A model generated the notes under the pieces. The model ran no database searches and was not told the origin of the DNA. It worked only from the letters and a program-made list of their open reading frames with translations. 64,000 bases of DNA, from assembly GCF_964204645.1 (NCBI RefSeq), contig NC_134026.1, forward strand, positions 2,441,950 to 2,505,949, written 5' to 3'. The stretch is from Tubulanus polymorphus. Its lineage: Eukaryota; Animalia; Nemertea. This document shows positions 44,701 through 58,406 of this stretch, piece after piece (the stretch's first letter is position 1; every line of letters begins with the position of its first letter). Made by a program: the position numbers and the translations under genes.

Positions 44701-47700
44701 AACAAATGATGCTGAAACATAAGCAATTTGAATAGCGTTCATTCGTTTTTCAGAATAATGTTTATATCTTCTCTAGATCATCTTGTGACCAACATAGAAT
44801 AGAAATCTTACTTTTATTTCCATCTGGGTCTGACCCGAGATAGAATTCGCCTTCAGTTTCAAGTAGAATGAAATCGTTTAGATTTCGACGTTCTGGAGTG
44901 TAGTCGACTTCCACAGCTAAGTGTCTACAAAACAGTAGAATATTGACAAGCTGTTCAATGTAAGCAAAAACGTGGTTTAGCTTTTAAGGTACATACATGA
45001 AGAAGTAAAAAGAATTTCGAATCGTAGTTACATAACACTTCAGTCTCTTAGATTATAATGAAATATGAGAAATCGTAAACAGCTCATTTTCAAGTGACAT
45101 TTTTGTCTGGTTTAACCAGTGTTTGTTCAGTAATTGAACAAAAAGTTAAGACTCTCAACTCAAACAGGAATTCAATGGATGCACATCATATACAATTATA
45201 TTTAAAAAATCCCAACCATTCAATCATTGCCGAAAGTCTGAGTAAGTATTCTTAAGTCTAGATTAGAAGTTCTTAGTGTCCCAGGGAAATTATATGGACA
45301 TTAGTTCTCAAATAACAGATCTTGTTTTTTGCCTCAATCAAGAGATGTTTTGATTCTTACACTGATGAGAAATCCAGTTTAACTCGGTGCCATTTGTTAT
45401 CTGAAACATTCTTAGAACTAGAAACCGTTTGACTGATGATTCCGTCCGTTTTATAAGGCACAACCTGTACCAAAATACGTCCTTTCGATAAAACAATCTG
45501 AAATTAAAAATTCACGTGTTTAAACCATTTCGTAAACCATTTCAGGCTTTTGAAATGAACGGTTTGCATAAGAACAAGTCAAGTTACCTCAACATATCCG
45601 TGATGTCTGCGATTTCCGATTATCTTAGACATAAGAAGAAGACCGTTCCGTCGAATGGTACGAAACTGAAATTCCACTATCAGGCCGTGAAGCATTGCTG
45701 TTGGTAAGGTCATTATCGCCCCTTGTTGAGTGAATGATGCCGATATTTCATCAGGGGTAGAGCAGTATCTTTTTATTGCTTTTCCGTGATATTGAGCCAT
45801 TTTTCGACGCAGAATCAATTCTTCTAGTACAGACTGATGATTGAAGTAAATATTTCTCAGGCAGCCGACGAAATTCAGACGAGTTTTGAGGCCTGCTGAA
45901 ATGATTCGATTCTAAACAATGGAGCAATTTGTATGAAGCAAGTGCTATATTTTCATATTACAAGCAGCAATTAGCATAATATATAAGGGAATATTATCGT
46001 CATTTGAGATGACTTTTAAATGATAGAGCGAAGTTAGAGACACAGATTGATATTCAATTTACATAAAGACAGTTTAAAAACAAATTATACATTCGAAATA
46101 CATGGAATTTATTGCAGATCCTTAAATTTCACAAACGTAACAGGAAATTTCCATTCAAGTAACACGAGATTAAAGCAGTTAAAGTATAGTCCATAACCAA
46201 GTGAGAACCACTTCTCATTAACCATAATGACCAACCCAACCATGAAAGAAGAAAATACACCAAAAAGTTTCAAAATATTCAAAACACCAAAATCAGTTTG
46301 AAAGTATGATAGTCATACTTGCAATCTTCTCATTTAAATATCCATCTGCTTGAATGAATGAAGCGTTTAATGAAAACAAATACCTCACAATTAACATAAT
46401 TAACGAACGTGTAAGCTACCGAAGCCTTTAATCTAAACATTTATTTATTCATGAAAGCATCCGACATTGTGTTTAAAGCCAACAGGTGAATTACCTACCT
46501 CGAAATAATCGAAACAGCGATATAAGTTAGCGACTTCTAGTAAATACTAACCTGGCTCTGGATGAGGTTTGCGTAGTCGGTCTCCACCACCGATGTAAAT
46601 GATTGGGTTTAAATAAAGGTGTCTGTAACGTCCGGTGGAGATCATACGATTTCTCTTATCATCCAATATAGCATCGACAGTCTTATCATTGTGAACTATG
46701 GTCAAATTATGCCATCTGAAAAATGAGATTTACAAAATCTTAAAGGATAGAAAAACAGAGTTCGAGAACAAAGCTATTGCCGACAATCATTTCCTTCATG
46801 TAGCACAATAAACTCAGCTTTTACAAGAACAACGAAATCAATCAGTCGATCTGTTAAAGTAACACAAGGCGCAATTTGATATTTCTAGGAATTCAGTAAA
46901 TTTCACTTACTGATTATTATCGACATTCATCCCCATTTTGGTCGAAACTTCTTTATCAGCGAACGCGACGGAAACGTGCACCTGACCGTCCTGAATCGAT
47001 AACGCGATATGGTTGTGTATGGGATAAGAGTCGCCGGCGTAGAATAGGACTCCGTTCGGATGTCGCGTGCGGAACTGCATCGTGATTCTCGTCTGCGGAG
47101 AATGAGCTTGTTCGTGCGAGGCGTAAATATCGTACGATATCCAATCATAACCTTGCAGAGTTATAGTCGTCGCTCCTATAGAAATAATACAGAAATCATC
47201 AGAACCAATTCCTCAGCTTTCGGTAAATACCGTACTTAATTATCTGAGCACCCCTTCTTATCACTATAATGAATATTTACCAGCTTTTTCGCAGCGGTTT
47301 CCTTCTCTGTCCGTACCCAAACAATCGCAGAAGAATCGAGTGTATTCATTAATGCACTGACCTCCGGCTAGACAAGGATTATGACGACATTGACTTATAC
47401 ACCCAGACTGAACCCCTGAAATGTTAAAGCTTCTATTTCTTAAAAAAGACTTTTAAAAGACTTAAGAAACACCGCAGTAAGAGATTGCAAGAAATATTGT
47501 AGTTTTTTAGGATGGAACACTTCCTTACAAATTTGATAGGAAACACAACAGGGCGGGGCCAGTAAAGACTAATCCCACCAGTGCAACTCTGCTCAAAATA
47601 TATACTATCAAAAGGACTCAATTATCTTAAGGATGCAACCGTTATTATCAATATATAATCAATTACTAATAGTGGCATCATTAGAGTTGGCAAACATGGA

Positions 47701-50700
47701 GCTTACTAGAGTGGGCAAACATGGATCTTACTAGAGTGGGCAAACATGGAGCTCACTGAAAGATTTTCTATCATGTTTCAGCAGCTGAGATATTAGCGAT
47801 GGTCAATAAATGCAGTTACCTTTTTTCGAACGATATGGTATAACCTGAATAGATTCGATATTCATTCCGAATTTGATGTTGTCAAGACAACCGACTAGCG
47901 TTTTCGTCGTGAGAAGAGGCCTCGGGCGTTCGGATACTGAAAAAATAAAAAACAAATCCGCCGTAAATGATACAGATAACGGAGAGGCGAGCGCCGGGTT
48001 CGATTGTTTCCTTAATGGCTCAAATGAGGCACTTAAGAATATATTATCAGAAACAATGTTAATGACCCCAAAATAACACACAGGTTTCACTGCGTTGGAG
48101 TTGTTTTCATTGAACCTTTTCCCACAGACCCAATATACCTATGATTACATATATACTGCTTATTATCATGTCAATCAGACACACGTAAAAATAAACTACA
48201 GTGCACATGACATAATAATAATTATTCACATATTATTTTGGTTAGTAAAAAGCTTTAGTCACCAAAACCTGCATGTTGGTAGATTGCTTTCAAAACATGA
48301 ATTTCATAAGTCCGTCACCCATATATTTCCTTTTTATATAATCATTAGTGCTGGTTTATTAGGTACATTTTGGCAGTCGTTGCATATTTTCAGTCCGATC
48401 ATTTCACTCAGTAGAGTTTGAATCATCGGAAATAAACTTATTTCAATTGTGGAGTCTCAAAATTCACACCGACAACTGTCACCGTGGAATTGGGTCCAAT
48501 AGCTTTTTTGAAATCACAATATAACAGACCATGGAGTCAGCATGAAACCCACCATGTGCAATATCTTAAAATTGTTGAAGGTAATTTTTGATATTTTCAA
48601 AACCGTGGATGGATTTGGTATTCGAGTTTTCATCATCAAACTGCGTTGCTAATCCAGGCTATTTTGGAATTTTTTCCGTTATCACGCTATTACATTAATG
48701 GCAATTCCCGCAGCAAAGCCTAACATACATCCCCATATTTCTATTGGTTGAGGCCACTTTAATTTCCCGCGAGGAAGAAAACATTAGATAACTTCATATT
48801 CAAAAAGACACACAAGGGACATGTCTTCATAAACTGCACATATTTAACTATAGATCATTTTCATTTACATAACAACCTAATTACATGCAATATACTCAGA
48901 AATAGTTTTTGATAGAGCTTTCTATATACAAAAGCAGTGGTTGTTCAATACAGTTAGATTAATACTTTATTTCATAAACGCGAAGCAGGTTTTTATTATG
49001 GCTTTTTTTCAATGTATATATTTGAGCTCATATTGAAAATGTTACATTATCGAAGCCATTTAGATAATGAAGCTAGGTCGATCCGGTGAGTTGTTGCTAA
49101 GCGAGATGCAAAGTTATGAATTTTTTTTTAAATTTCACTGCAATTTTTAAGGTTTGAGTCTGGTCGCTGAAAGCTATGAATATATTTTCTTTAACAAAAA
49201 AAATCGATTGATTTGTTGATACAGACATAGACAGCAGCCGTGACAGATTTGTTCACAATAGTGGTTTGGATCTATAGCCGCATTACCCTCGGCAGAATTG
49301 ATCGTAAAAAACATCATTAAAATAAACCACATTTCTGCGTAAATCATCCACGTGATATTAACGTGGACAGGATTTTGAAAAACGGTCGAATTGATGCGCA
49401 GAATAGCGAAAATGTTAGGTGCATTTCTTTTCCAGCAACCAGACCCAAAAAGCGAGCGAGCTTGCTGCTTTATCAAATATTACATACCATTGTAGACAAC
49501 GTTTGGATCAAAATCTAAACAAAAGCATCATAAGAAAAAACTAGAAATCAGTAATCGAAAACAGATATATACGGCCGGATTCTGAGATTAAACATGCATT
49601 CAACTGATTACGGCAGTTTTCAGTTTTTCGAAGCAACACACAAGTCAGTTACTGAATTTGCGCGTTATTCATGAAATGATTAAGTATAGCTACAAAAATA
49701 TCATGAATCGTATGCGATAAAATGTATGAAACAATCATTAAAATATACAAAATCTTAGAAATTTAATTGGCTGCAAAATAAGCACATAGAAACCTCTCCA
49801 AAAAAAAGACAAAAATAAGTATTAGATGAATAGAGTTCAAAGCATGATCCAATAACTAAACTGATGAGGGTAACCCTTTTCTAACCCACCCACGCTCACG
49901 TCTCCTTTACTTTAGCACTGAACAGACTTGGCACATGTTACTAGGACTGGTGTCAAAATGTCATATTCAAATTGCGAAATGTTTTCGTAAGTAAATAATA
50001 AGAAATGTTTGTCAGATCGGGTATATTTGAACAGTGTCGGTTAACGACACGTTTAGTTCACGTTACAAATGTCCAAATCCTGCAAAACAAATATCATAAT
50101 ATTTGCTTTAATAGCACAAAAATGGATAACTTTCAGTCATGTCCTAAAAGCTTTGTCGACTTTGATTGATGAAATACCTATACCGTTAGGATATAAACAT
50201 TTTGCATTTCTTTGCTTTTACTCAAAAAAAGTTTCAGTTGAATTTGTTGAAATATCAGTGTTACGTGCCCTCATCAGCTCGTTATTGATATTAGACTTAA
50301 AACACCATTTTCAATTCCTAAAACCGAGAAAGATCGCTGTTTGTAACTGTTTGATTAGTAATGGTGTACTAATTGTGACTGTGTGTACGCTGGTTTAAAT
50401 ATGGGATTCTAAACTATTTCATTATTGTTAATCATGCAAACAAACGTTTACAATTTGACGACTAATTTCTGTTATTCATGGTGAATGTTCTAAGCATGCT
50501 ATCTCGAGGTTTCATTCAAGTTTTATCGATATGGAATTTCACAATTTTGCAGTTATCCAAATATCATATAATAATCTATTCTATATGTAGATACTTAGAT
50601 AATCTTTTTAATGAAATCCTAAAAAATACAATTCTAAGGATGGTTTTGCGGTGCATGAAATTTCTGAAATTTGCGGGGGTGCGCAACTACGAGAAAGGAG

Positions 50701-53700
50701 GAAAAAATCACGAGAACGAAAATTTGGTCGAGGATTTTCAGCGTGAGATACGAACATATGACACAAATCAATTAGAATTCAATTAACCAATTATGATGAA
50801 TATAGCAGTAGAATATTAATATTGATAGCGATATTTGATGATTTAAACGAAATACACCCTCGCACAAAATTGAAGGCATTTAGGAAAAGATGATGATAAT
50901 ATACACGAATAACGCATGCTACAAAGTTTTTGACTACTACGAATGTTGATAATACACACTTTCTTTGTCAATAATAGCCAGCTCTTCTTCTGTAATATGT
51001 AAAACAATACCAAAAGATATACATATATAATGATGATGATGATGATGATAATAATAATGATAACAAAATGTCAGCCAAAATTCCTATCAATTTAGCCGTG
51101 AAAATTTCAAAATGCTGTCAGCGAGCTAAATGCATATTGTGTGATGAATTACCTACGATTGTAAACAAAAAACAAAATGCACAATAATGGAAATATATCA
51201 TAAAGTACCAGAAACGGTTTATCGAGTCAAATTTTGATTGGATGGTTGGAAATTTTGATGCAATGAAATTTACGAAATTAACTTCCAATCTTATGATTTT
51301 TTTTGTATTTGTAGACAAATGGTGAACGCATCTGTAACTAAAAAGCGCCACAAGACACACTGGATTTTCTGACGATAGGTCGGGGTTTCTACGCGAGGTA
51401 AAACACTACTGATGATCTGATCATATTTCAAAAAGGATGAACCTTAGATTTTTGTCGATATTTCTAGAGATATGCATGCCTTATATCCTTGTATCAGCCT
51501 GTATCATTATTCTGCTATTCAATGTTCTAGAAAATGCTCTTCGATGCAATGAACGAATAATCATGCAAAATGTGATCAAATCTCAGACAGACAAAATCGG
51601 TTATGAACAATGCTTATTGCTGTGCCATGAAATGGTAAAATGAAAACTTATGAAAATATTTCTAAAAATCACAAAGTTTAGTCGATTTTCCAATACTTCT
51701 AATGCGTCGAGAGGGACGAACAGAACTTACCGTCAAAGCCACCCATCAAGGCTTGAGAAACGACTGGTTTATTGGTCAGTATGTTTAACGCACCACCACG
51801 TACGTAGGCACTCAGAATCTTCGACACGTGTACGCCGTCCAGAAAAACGGATAGGTTACCGCTTTGAGGATCCTTCGAGATAAGTACCTCGTGCCATTCA
51901 TCCTTATTCAAACCTATTGAAAAAAGAATACAACCATCAATGGTTTAACCGCGAAACATTGTAAAAAATAAATCGATATATAATCAACTGTCGGTTTGGC
52001 TCATCATCCGATGGTTTACCTAGTTTTCTGATGATGGATTAACTTTGCTGGGTAATTAATTGTCAATTTTGTATGCAATATGTGGATACATGAAATTTAC
52101 CGGTTGTAGCATGCTTGGAGGTTAAGCAAGATTCAGTATTGAATGAAATGTCAGGACAATTTTTTGCACAAAATTTTTAACATTAAGGATGATACAGCAG
52201 TGTTGATAGAACGTGTTTAATCAGCGAGTATCATAATTAACAAATTCATCGCTTCGCTAATTGAACTGTCAATACTGAAATCGCGCAGGAAACCAACCCT
52301 TAGTGCTCATCATTACAGCAATACGACACCTTCATATCGGATAGTGACTGTCAATATATCGTATAACTCACTATATACAAGCATGCTTAGCTATTGAACA
52401 TAACTGTTCGAACGATGACTTAATTATCAAAAACAAGCCATCTGACAAAATAACTGTAGCTATCATTATATAAATGCAACAATTAATGCTACGCTGTAAA
52501 AACATTATAAATCATCTTAGTGCATTCCACAACCGAGTATAATGAATTAATTCTATGTATATCAAAAAATACAAATGGGTATGTACTGGGTCCTGATGTA
52601 CCGGTAAGTGTTTTTGGCCCACACATCGCAAATTGGGTCCGTGCCAAAACATCGGCCCAGGCCCGAGTCAATTTTCAGCACCAGTCAAATTATTGCGTGT
52701 GAATTGCAACTGGTTCCGGAAGTGACTCACTTCGCTTTGTCAAGGCATTGTTTAGTATCAAGCGAGTGGTTTATGTGTGAATGCACCCTCTAATTCAGGT
52801 ACCGGCCAAATTTCACTCCATGTCTGATCCATGCCAAATCATCTCCGTGTGATCGCGGCTATGGTTGAGGAAGAAAACCATTTTGCTCAATTTTTGGAAA
52901 TGATGGATGCATGTTATGGGTGCATAGCATGTTACGAGTAAAAATTGTATAATCGTCATACCCATTATGAGAGACATGTAACAAATTACTGGCGACCAGT
53001 CATAATAATCAAGCGCCAGAAAGAAGACAATAAAGATAACAAAATTATCCCCGATCTCAGCGGCATCAGTACCAGACCCCTCATCTCTTATCTGAGAGCT
53101 GTTCGGTTATGAGTCTAGCGGGAATTACGAACTGAACTGTGGATTGCGGTAATCCATCATTACTAGCAGCGACGCGTGAACGAAATTCCACTACAGGCCC
53201 GAGAGTGCGTAACTAAACGCGCGGGAAACTCGCAACAATGGCATTCCTGAGTCATACTACGACAATGTAGATAAACATCGTAATTTGATTCAGTTCTATG
53301 ATTCAGATGTGTCGTTTGTCTTATACCAGAACAGTGTCGTCGTCGTCGCTTGTCACCAAACCCTGTCCGCGATTAATAGCACCGTATATCAGAAAGTGCA
53401 CCACTCGCTGAATATATCCAGGCAAGTGTGCCTAGTAACCATGGTGATATCATCATCAGCAGTCTGTACTGTTAATTTTGTCACATTTTCAGCTTCCTAA
53501 TCCTGACAACGTCGGAAATCTTTAAGATAACGACCTAAAGGCTTAAACACCATCAAAAACTTAACAATGAGTGACATAAATGGGCTACCGGCAATGCTTC
53601 TGTGACAAGCGAGGATTCTACAATGATCCGCTAGGTGTCACTAGTGGTTACTGGGTTAATTACCGTACTTTGATTTCTTCTATATTTCAATTAAATTCGA

Positions 53701-54447
53701 ATCAACTTTTCTCATCAGTAAATCAATTTTCAGTGAAATCTATACCATACACTGAGTGGGAACTTACCAATGGCTTGTTTGTTAATTTTCGGTTTCAGAA
53801 GCCTAAAACTCATTATTCTAATTTCATTGAACACGAACGAATAATGCAGTGTTGTGCGCCATCTGGTGAGTTACCCCATTGAATTTGTATCTAAGAACTA
53901 GCGTGATGGTAAGGTATGGTTTTCCCAGGCCACTGTCCCCACGGGACTCGATATACTCACACGAACTCACACACATGAAACAGGTTCGTGGTGAATGCAA
54001 TAATGACGTTTATCACGTCGTAGATATACGCACGAGACGACCATTAGCCGGTGATTTACCGCCGAATAACAGGTCGTTACTGCTTACGACGTCGTCGTCA
54101 CTTTTACCTTTTCCTACTCTGAGTGCGTCTTCGTACTGTTGGAACGCGTGCAGAATCTGTAATTCTCCGCCGCGTAAACTGACGTGCATGAAGTACTGCG
54201 GTATCGGCGTGTTCATCGTGTCGCGTAAACTGTGATGTAACAGAACGGCGTTCGCTTTCCACGTACGGAATCGAAACGACACGACCTGCACGTCGTATTC
54301 GCTCCATTCCGGATAGTACTGGATGTACGTGTTGTTGCCGCCTAAAAACGTGAAGCCATTGATCGGCTCCGAGTGGATCAAAACGGCGAGCACGAGGAAT
54401 CCAACCAACGGAATCGTTTTCAATAGTTTATCCGGGTAATAACCGAC
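32721..54447 (-). CDS. axo: Axotactin-type neurexin/CASPR-superfamily type I membrane protein (>30 exons; start exon uncertain)
   Basis: Signal peptide (LVGFLVLAVLIHS), then LamG-EGF-LamG-LamG-EGF-fibrinogen-like (SCEEYYLSG...IDLDGNGPLKP...C)-LamG-EGF-LamG-EGF-LamG, TM helix (FITVIAAVLIVIMILIATIIALLL) followed by RSIHRNRKKK, cytoplasmic tail ending IYETML*. No discoidin domain seen, which favours axotactin over CASPR/NrxIV. Confidence 0.85.
36919..37257. mobile_element. 339-bp MITE with tRNA-like TIRs, copy 1 (intron after TM exon)
   Basis: ~125-bp imperfect TIRs (CATCCTCCC...GGGAGGATG); reverse complement of 42360-42698; TSD degenerate (CTTAAAACT / GACAAAACT). Confidence 0.9.
37804..37941. 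mobile_element. Degenerate foldback/MITE in intron
   Basis: Imperfect inverted repeat: AATGATGTTCAGGAGTCAGTTCCACAGTTGTA ... TACAACTGTATAACTGGGTCCTGTTTGAACATCATT. Confidence 0.6.
42360..42698. mobile_element. 339-bp MITE with tRNA-like TIRs, copy 2 (Mutator-like TSD)
   Basis: Same element in opposite orientation; perfect 9-bp TSD TGGTCAGAT (42351-42359, 42699-42707). Confidence 0.93.
47682..47757. repeat. Minisatellite, 3 x 25 bp (TAGAGTGGGCAAACATGGAGCTTAC)
   Basis: Three near-identical direct copies in an intron. Confidence 0.9.
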
Positions 54448-54534
54448 CTGTAACAAAATATATCCATTCATTAATATAAACAGATTAGAGACAAATTCAT
54501 GAAGTTTAAAGGAGATCAGAATGGCATGGACCCG

Positions 54535-54864
54535 GCACCAGTTGTAGTCACGGTTTAGATTTTAGACCTATCGAAGACCATCTTAGTTCTATAGCCAAGC
54601 TGATAACTTAAGATCAACCTAAGACCATCTCGGTCCTTTAACCAATCTAATAATTCAATGCTTATCTTGAGATTCAAGACCACTTTTGGATTTAAGCCAT
54701 CACATTGCAACCGGACTTAGAAGCCAGTTCTGTAGTAAAGCCATAAGTGCAAAAGTGGTCTTAACAGCCGGTTTTAAATCTTGGTTTCAAGCTGGTAGAT
54801 CAGCAGCAATAGAACTTAGTTGGTCTTTGACTAGTTTAATTTCTAGGCGAAATAACAACTTGTC
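54535..54864. mobile_element. Old palindromic (foldback) element
   Basis: AAGACCATCTTAGTTCTATAGC pairs with GCAATAGAACTTAGTTGGTCTT, and AAGACCACTTTTG with CAAAAGTGGTCTT, symmetrically nested. Ends approximate. Confidence 0.55.
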
Positions 54865-57800
54865 CAAACTACATCAAACTAATGGATCACTAAAAAAACC
54901 TTCTCAAAATCAATCCAGTAATGTATTAATTCCATGGGTGATACATCTGCTTAATATATCTTTGATGATACGTACCAGCATTTTGTTATGTCACATTTTC
55001 CTGATGCATGAGTTTCCAGTGAGATAGACGCACAGAAAACATTGTTATTCTACATCACAATCTTCCATCTTTTCATAACTCCTACAAATCAATAGACGAT
55101 AATCCTGATTATGCTAATAAAACAATAGAACCGATCTCTTCTAATCATGTATGCCTCGTAGTACCGACAGATTAACACTTTCTCAATTTGAATTTGGACA
55201 AAAACCGCTCCAAAAATTCACAAACTTAGCAAACGTTCTCAGATCTGCAATTGTCTAATGATTACTGCAGATTTTCAGCAAATCATTATATACGGTTTCG
55301 AGCGATTGTGGGAAGGAGAAATAAAGACCACATCAAATAATAAAACATATCATCCTGAGATGTGTGTGCTGAAGTGATAACAGATTATTTGCTGAAAGCG
55401 TTGGTGGACAGGAACAGCAACACGTAGCCACGAAAACACCAAATATTTCCTATTCCACGTAATATTTATCGAACTGCTGCTCTTAAATATTTGTTTACAT
55501 CAATAGAGGAAATGTGGGCCACTTCATATTCGTAAAAAGTTCTCGATAAAAAACTTAAGACTTCGTATGTATTTGGAACATAAAGGAAATGACGAAACAA
55601 ATTGAGAAAGCTGTTTTAGTACGATAACGATTTTATCGCAGTGTTTAATCAGTCAGTCGGTCTTGGCTGCTGGCTTCGAATTATCGCATATGTTCATAAT
55701 ATAGATTTAAGGTAATATTTCATACAGAACAAGTGATTAACGCATGTGCGAATGAACAAATAAAATCATTTTATCAATAACGATTGACCATGATAATTAT
55801 ATAAAACTGTGTTACGCTATTGTACCTGGAACGGGCCAAATTTGGAAGGAGCCTAGTCAATGTCCGTTCACGTTGCTAAATTGGTTACAGATAGGTATCC
55901 CTGGCCCCACATGTCACAATGAGTATTTCAACCTGAGATTTATATCTAAATGATAGATTTATAAGTCCCTATCTGTTATCTATTTAACAAATCTTGAGAG
56001 AATGTCGTTAATCATCTGGACACATAAATCTATGGTAAATTCTAGGACATTTTCAAAACAATTGAAACTGAGCAACACACGCACTATTCTAAGACTAATT
56101 GGTTATACATTAATTTTCAGGCAATATAGAAATTATATGAAATTTGAAAACTATATTAATCAGCTTGATGAAAAATTGGTGACAACTTTATTACAATTGA
56201 ATTCATACCGTGGACCGCACCAGGAACTGGTTTCTGTCCGCACATGTACATACACGATATAGTCGTTTGGTCTAAAATGGAATGGACAAATTTGGAACAG
56301 ACTTTTCGCTAGTGTCTTAAGACTTGGTCCATTCCAAAATGGATGCATCTAACAAGAAATTCCATAAATTCATGAGTTCACCTTAGTTAAATCCAAATAA
56401 ATGTCACCAGTACCGTACGCAGATAACATGAACAATCACGAGAGTGCATATTTTTTTTCAACGCGAAACATTAATTTTACATATAATGTGTCACATGAAG
56501 AGCTATCCTAATATAGACACAGTCATGAAATACCAGGCCAGCTTTACGAGTATGAATATTGTCACCGTACGTCATCGGTTGAAAAGGAGCTGTTTTAAAG
56601 ACAGCGATAAAATGAACATGTGGCTGTGTCAGTGACAACGTTATTGGTTTCCCCAACGTCAAGTAATAATGACAGGCGGTAAACATGATAAAACTGAAAT
56701 TTATTCGAAATTTTTTATGAAATCAGTTCTACCAGATATCGTACTCCGTATATAATAGCTTTTTTATGATTTCATTCTATATGTGTCAATTATAAACGTA
56801 TCAACGACACTGAACAATATCACGCAAGAAAAAATACCCCTGCAATCTTTTGAAAACAACTGACCAATTCAGTTCCATGTGATTTGAATCTAACAGTTAA
56901 TGTATCGACATATTGAACTAACAGTTAAATTTAACGATAACTCTCATGACCAAAACCTTGAAAAACTCAAAAAAAATCTCATTCGAGATTCAGGAGGTAA
57001 AACACTAAATGATAATCAGATATATAACATAGAAGTAATTACAACCAATAGATATAAATATAGAGTTAATTGTGGACACGTTACCTGTTCAAGATGCTCT
57101 TAAGCTATTAAGCTGGCTATGGTTATAAAAGTAATCAATCCACCAGGCACCAATAAAACGCTCTAATCCTTCTCTTGATTAATCGTTTATTAAAGCTCAC
57201 ATATACATCCACTACTAATGCTTTTAATTCAGGTTACTTTACCCTTGGTTACTGTATGAAGTAAGAGTATAAACGTTCCCCATCACTAGTTGCCAAACAA
57301 TCACCACGACATTCGATTTTCGAGTTTGTCGTACCCTAGGCCAGAATATGTGGTATTAAACGTTTAAACTTTGTCTCCAATCAATCTGAAATAAAGGCTC
57401 TGATAATAGCCATAAGGCACGGAACTTTCATTGCAAGAATTTGAAATCCAAGTGAATTCTTGAAAACTGAATGAGATTGCAATAGCTGGTTAACCATGGG
57501 AACCGTGAGTGTTTAATCTGTTAATCGGGTTTATTGAGGTGTTAACAACTTGCTAAATACTTTCTCTAATGTTACATCATAAATACAAATAGCCAAAGTG
57601 AACACTCTAATGAATTCAACCTGGGCGCTATAATTGGAAAATGTCATAAAGCAGAATCTGAAACCTATCAAACTTAAACGGAACATCAAAATCAAATTTG
57701 CACCGATGACTATTGAGTTATTGTTCAGGGAATGTCACCCTCTCCCGCTCCCGCTCCCCACCCCCTTCCCCATCCCCCTCCTCTCTCCCTCCCTCCCTCA

Positions 57801-58226
57801 GTTCAAATACTATATTTTACTAGCAGAGATTCTGCATAAATGTCAAGACACTTGCTTTGATCGCGCAAATTGTTCAATTTGCAACGAATAAATAAAATGT
57901 CAAAGAATCAACTGCTTCATTCTTAAGAATAAAGGTTACATTCTATAAATATCTAGTGTTTTCTTGTTTGTTTTCTATGTGTGGGATGAAGGTCTTATCG
58001 TGAAGAAACATCTTCGAAATCCATTCATAACAACAAAAATCCAGCCAGGGACTGATGAAAGTGAACTCACATTTAACATTGATATTTCCCATTTCTCTGT
58101 ACGTAATTTAGATATATAAATGTTGTCGACTATGATTAACGCATCATTACCTAATACAGCGATTATAGTCTCAATGAGCTGGAAATTCATTTAGATAATG
58201 AAAGAACGACGCCGGCGATCTCACAT

Positions 58227-58229
<3 letters not shown>

Positions 58230-58262
<33 letters not shown>
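58230..58262. repeat. (CT)n/(GA)n microsatellite
   Basis: Perfect CT run. Confidence 0.95.
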
Positions 58263-58264
<2 letters not shown>

Positions 58265-58310
58265 CGAGTTCTGACCGATCGAGCAGTAAATTGATGGTAG
58301 AGATGCTTAC

Positions 58311-58406
58311 ATACATGCGCAATTCATGGATGGATGATGAAAGTATCCTGATAGGATTATGACCGGCGAACCACTCCTCAGTTTGATCACTGCCGCTCTT
58401 ATACAT
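58311..58406 (-). CDS. Tentative first coding exon of the axotactin-like gene
   Basis: ...LRMY|GTAAGC phase-0 donor is compatible with the phase-0 acceptor at 54447 (VGYYPDK...). An unspliced ATG at 54471 is an alternative. Confidence 0.3.

Noticed and set aside
47682-47757. 25-bp direct repeats as a CRISPR-like array
   Set aside because: No spacers; plain intronic minisatellite in a eukaryote.
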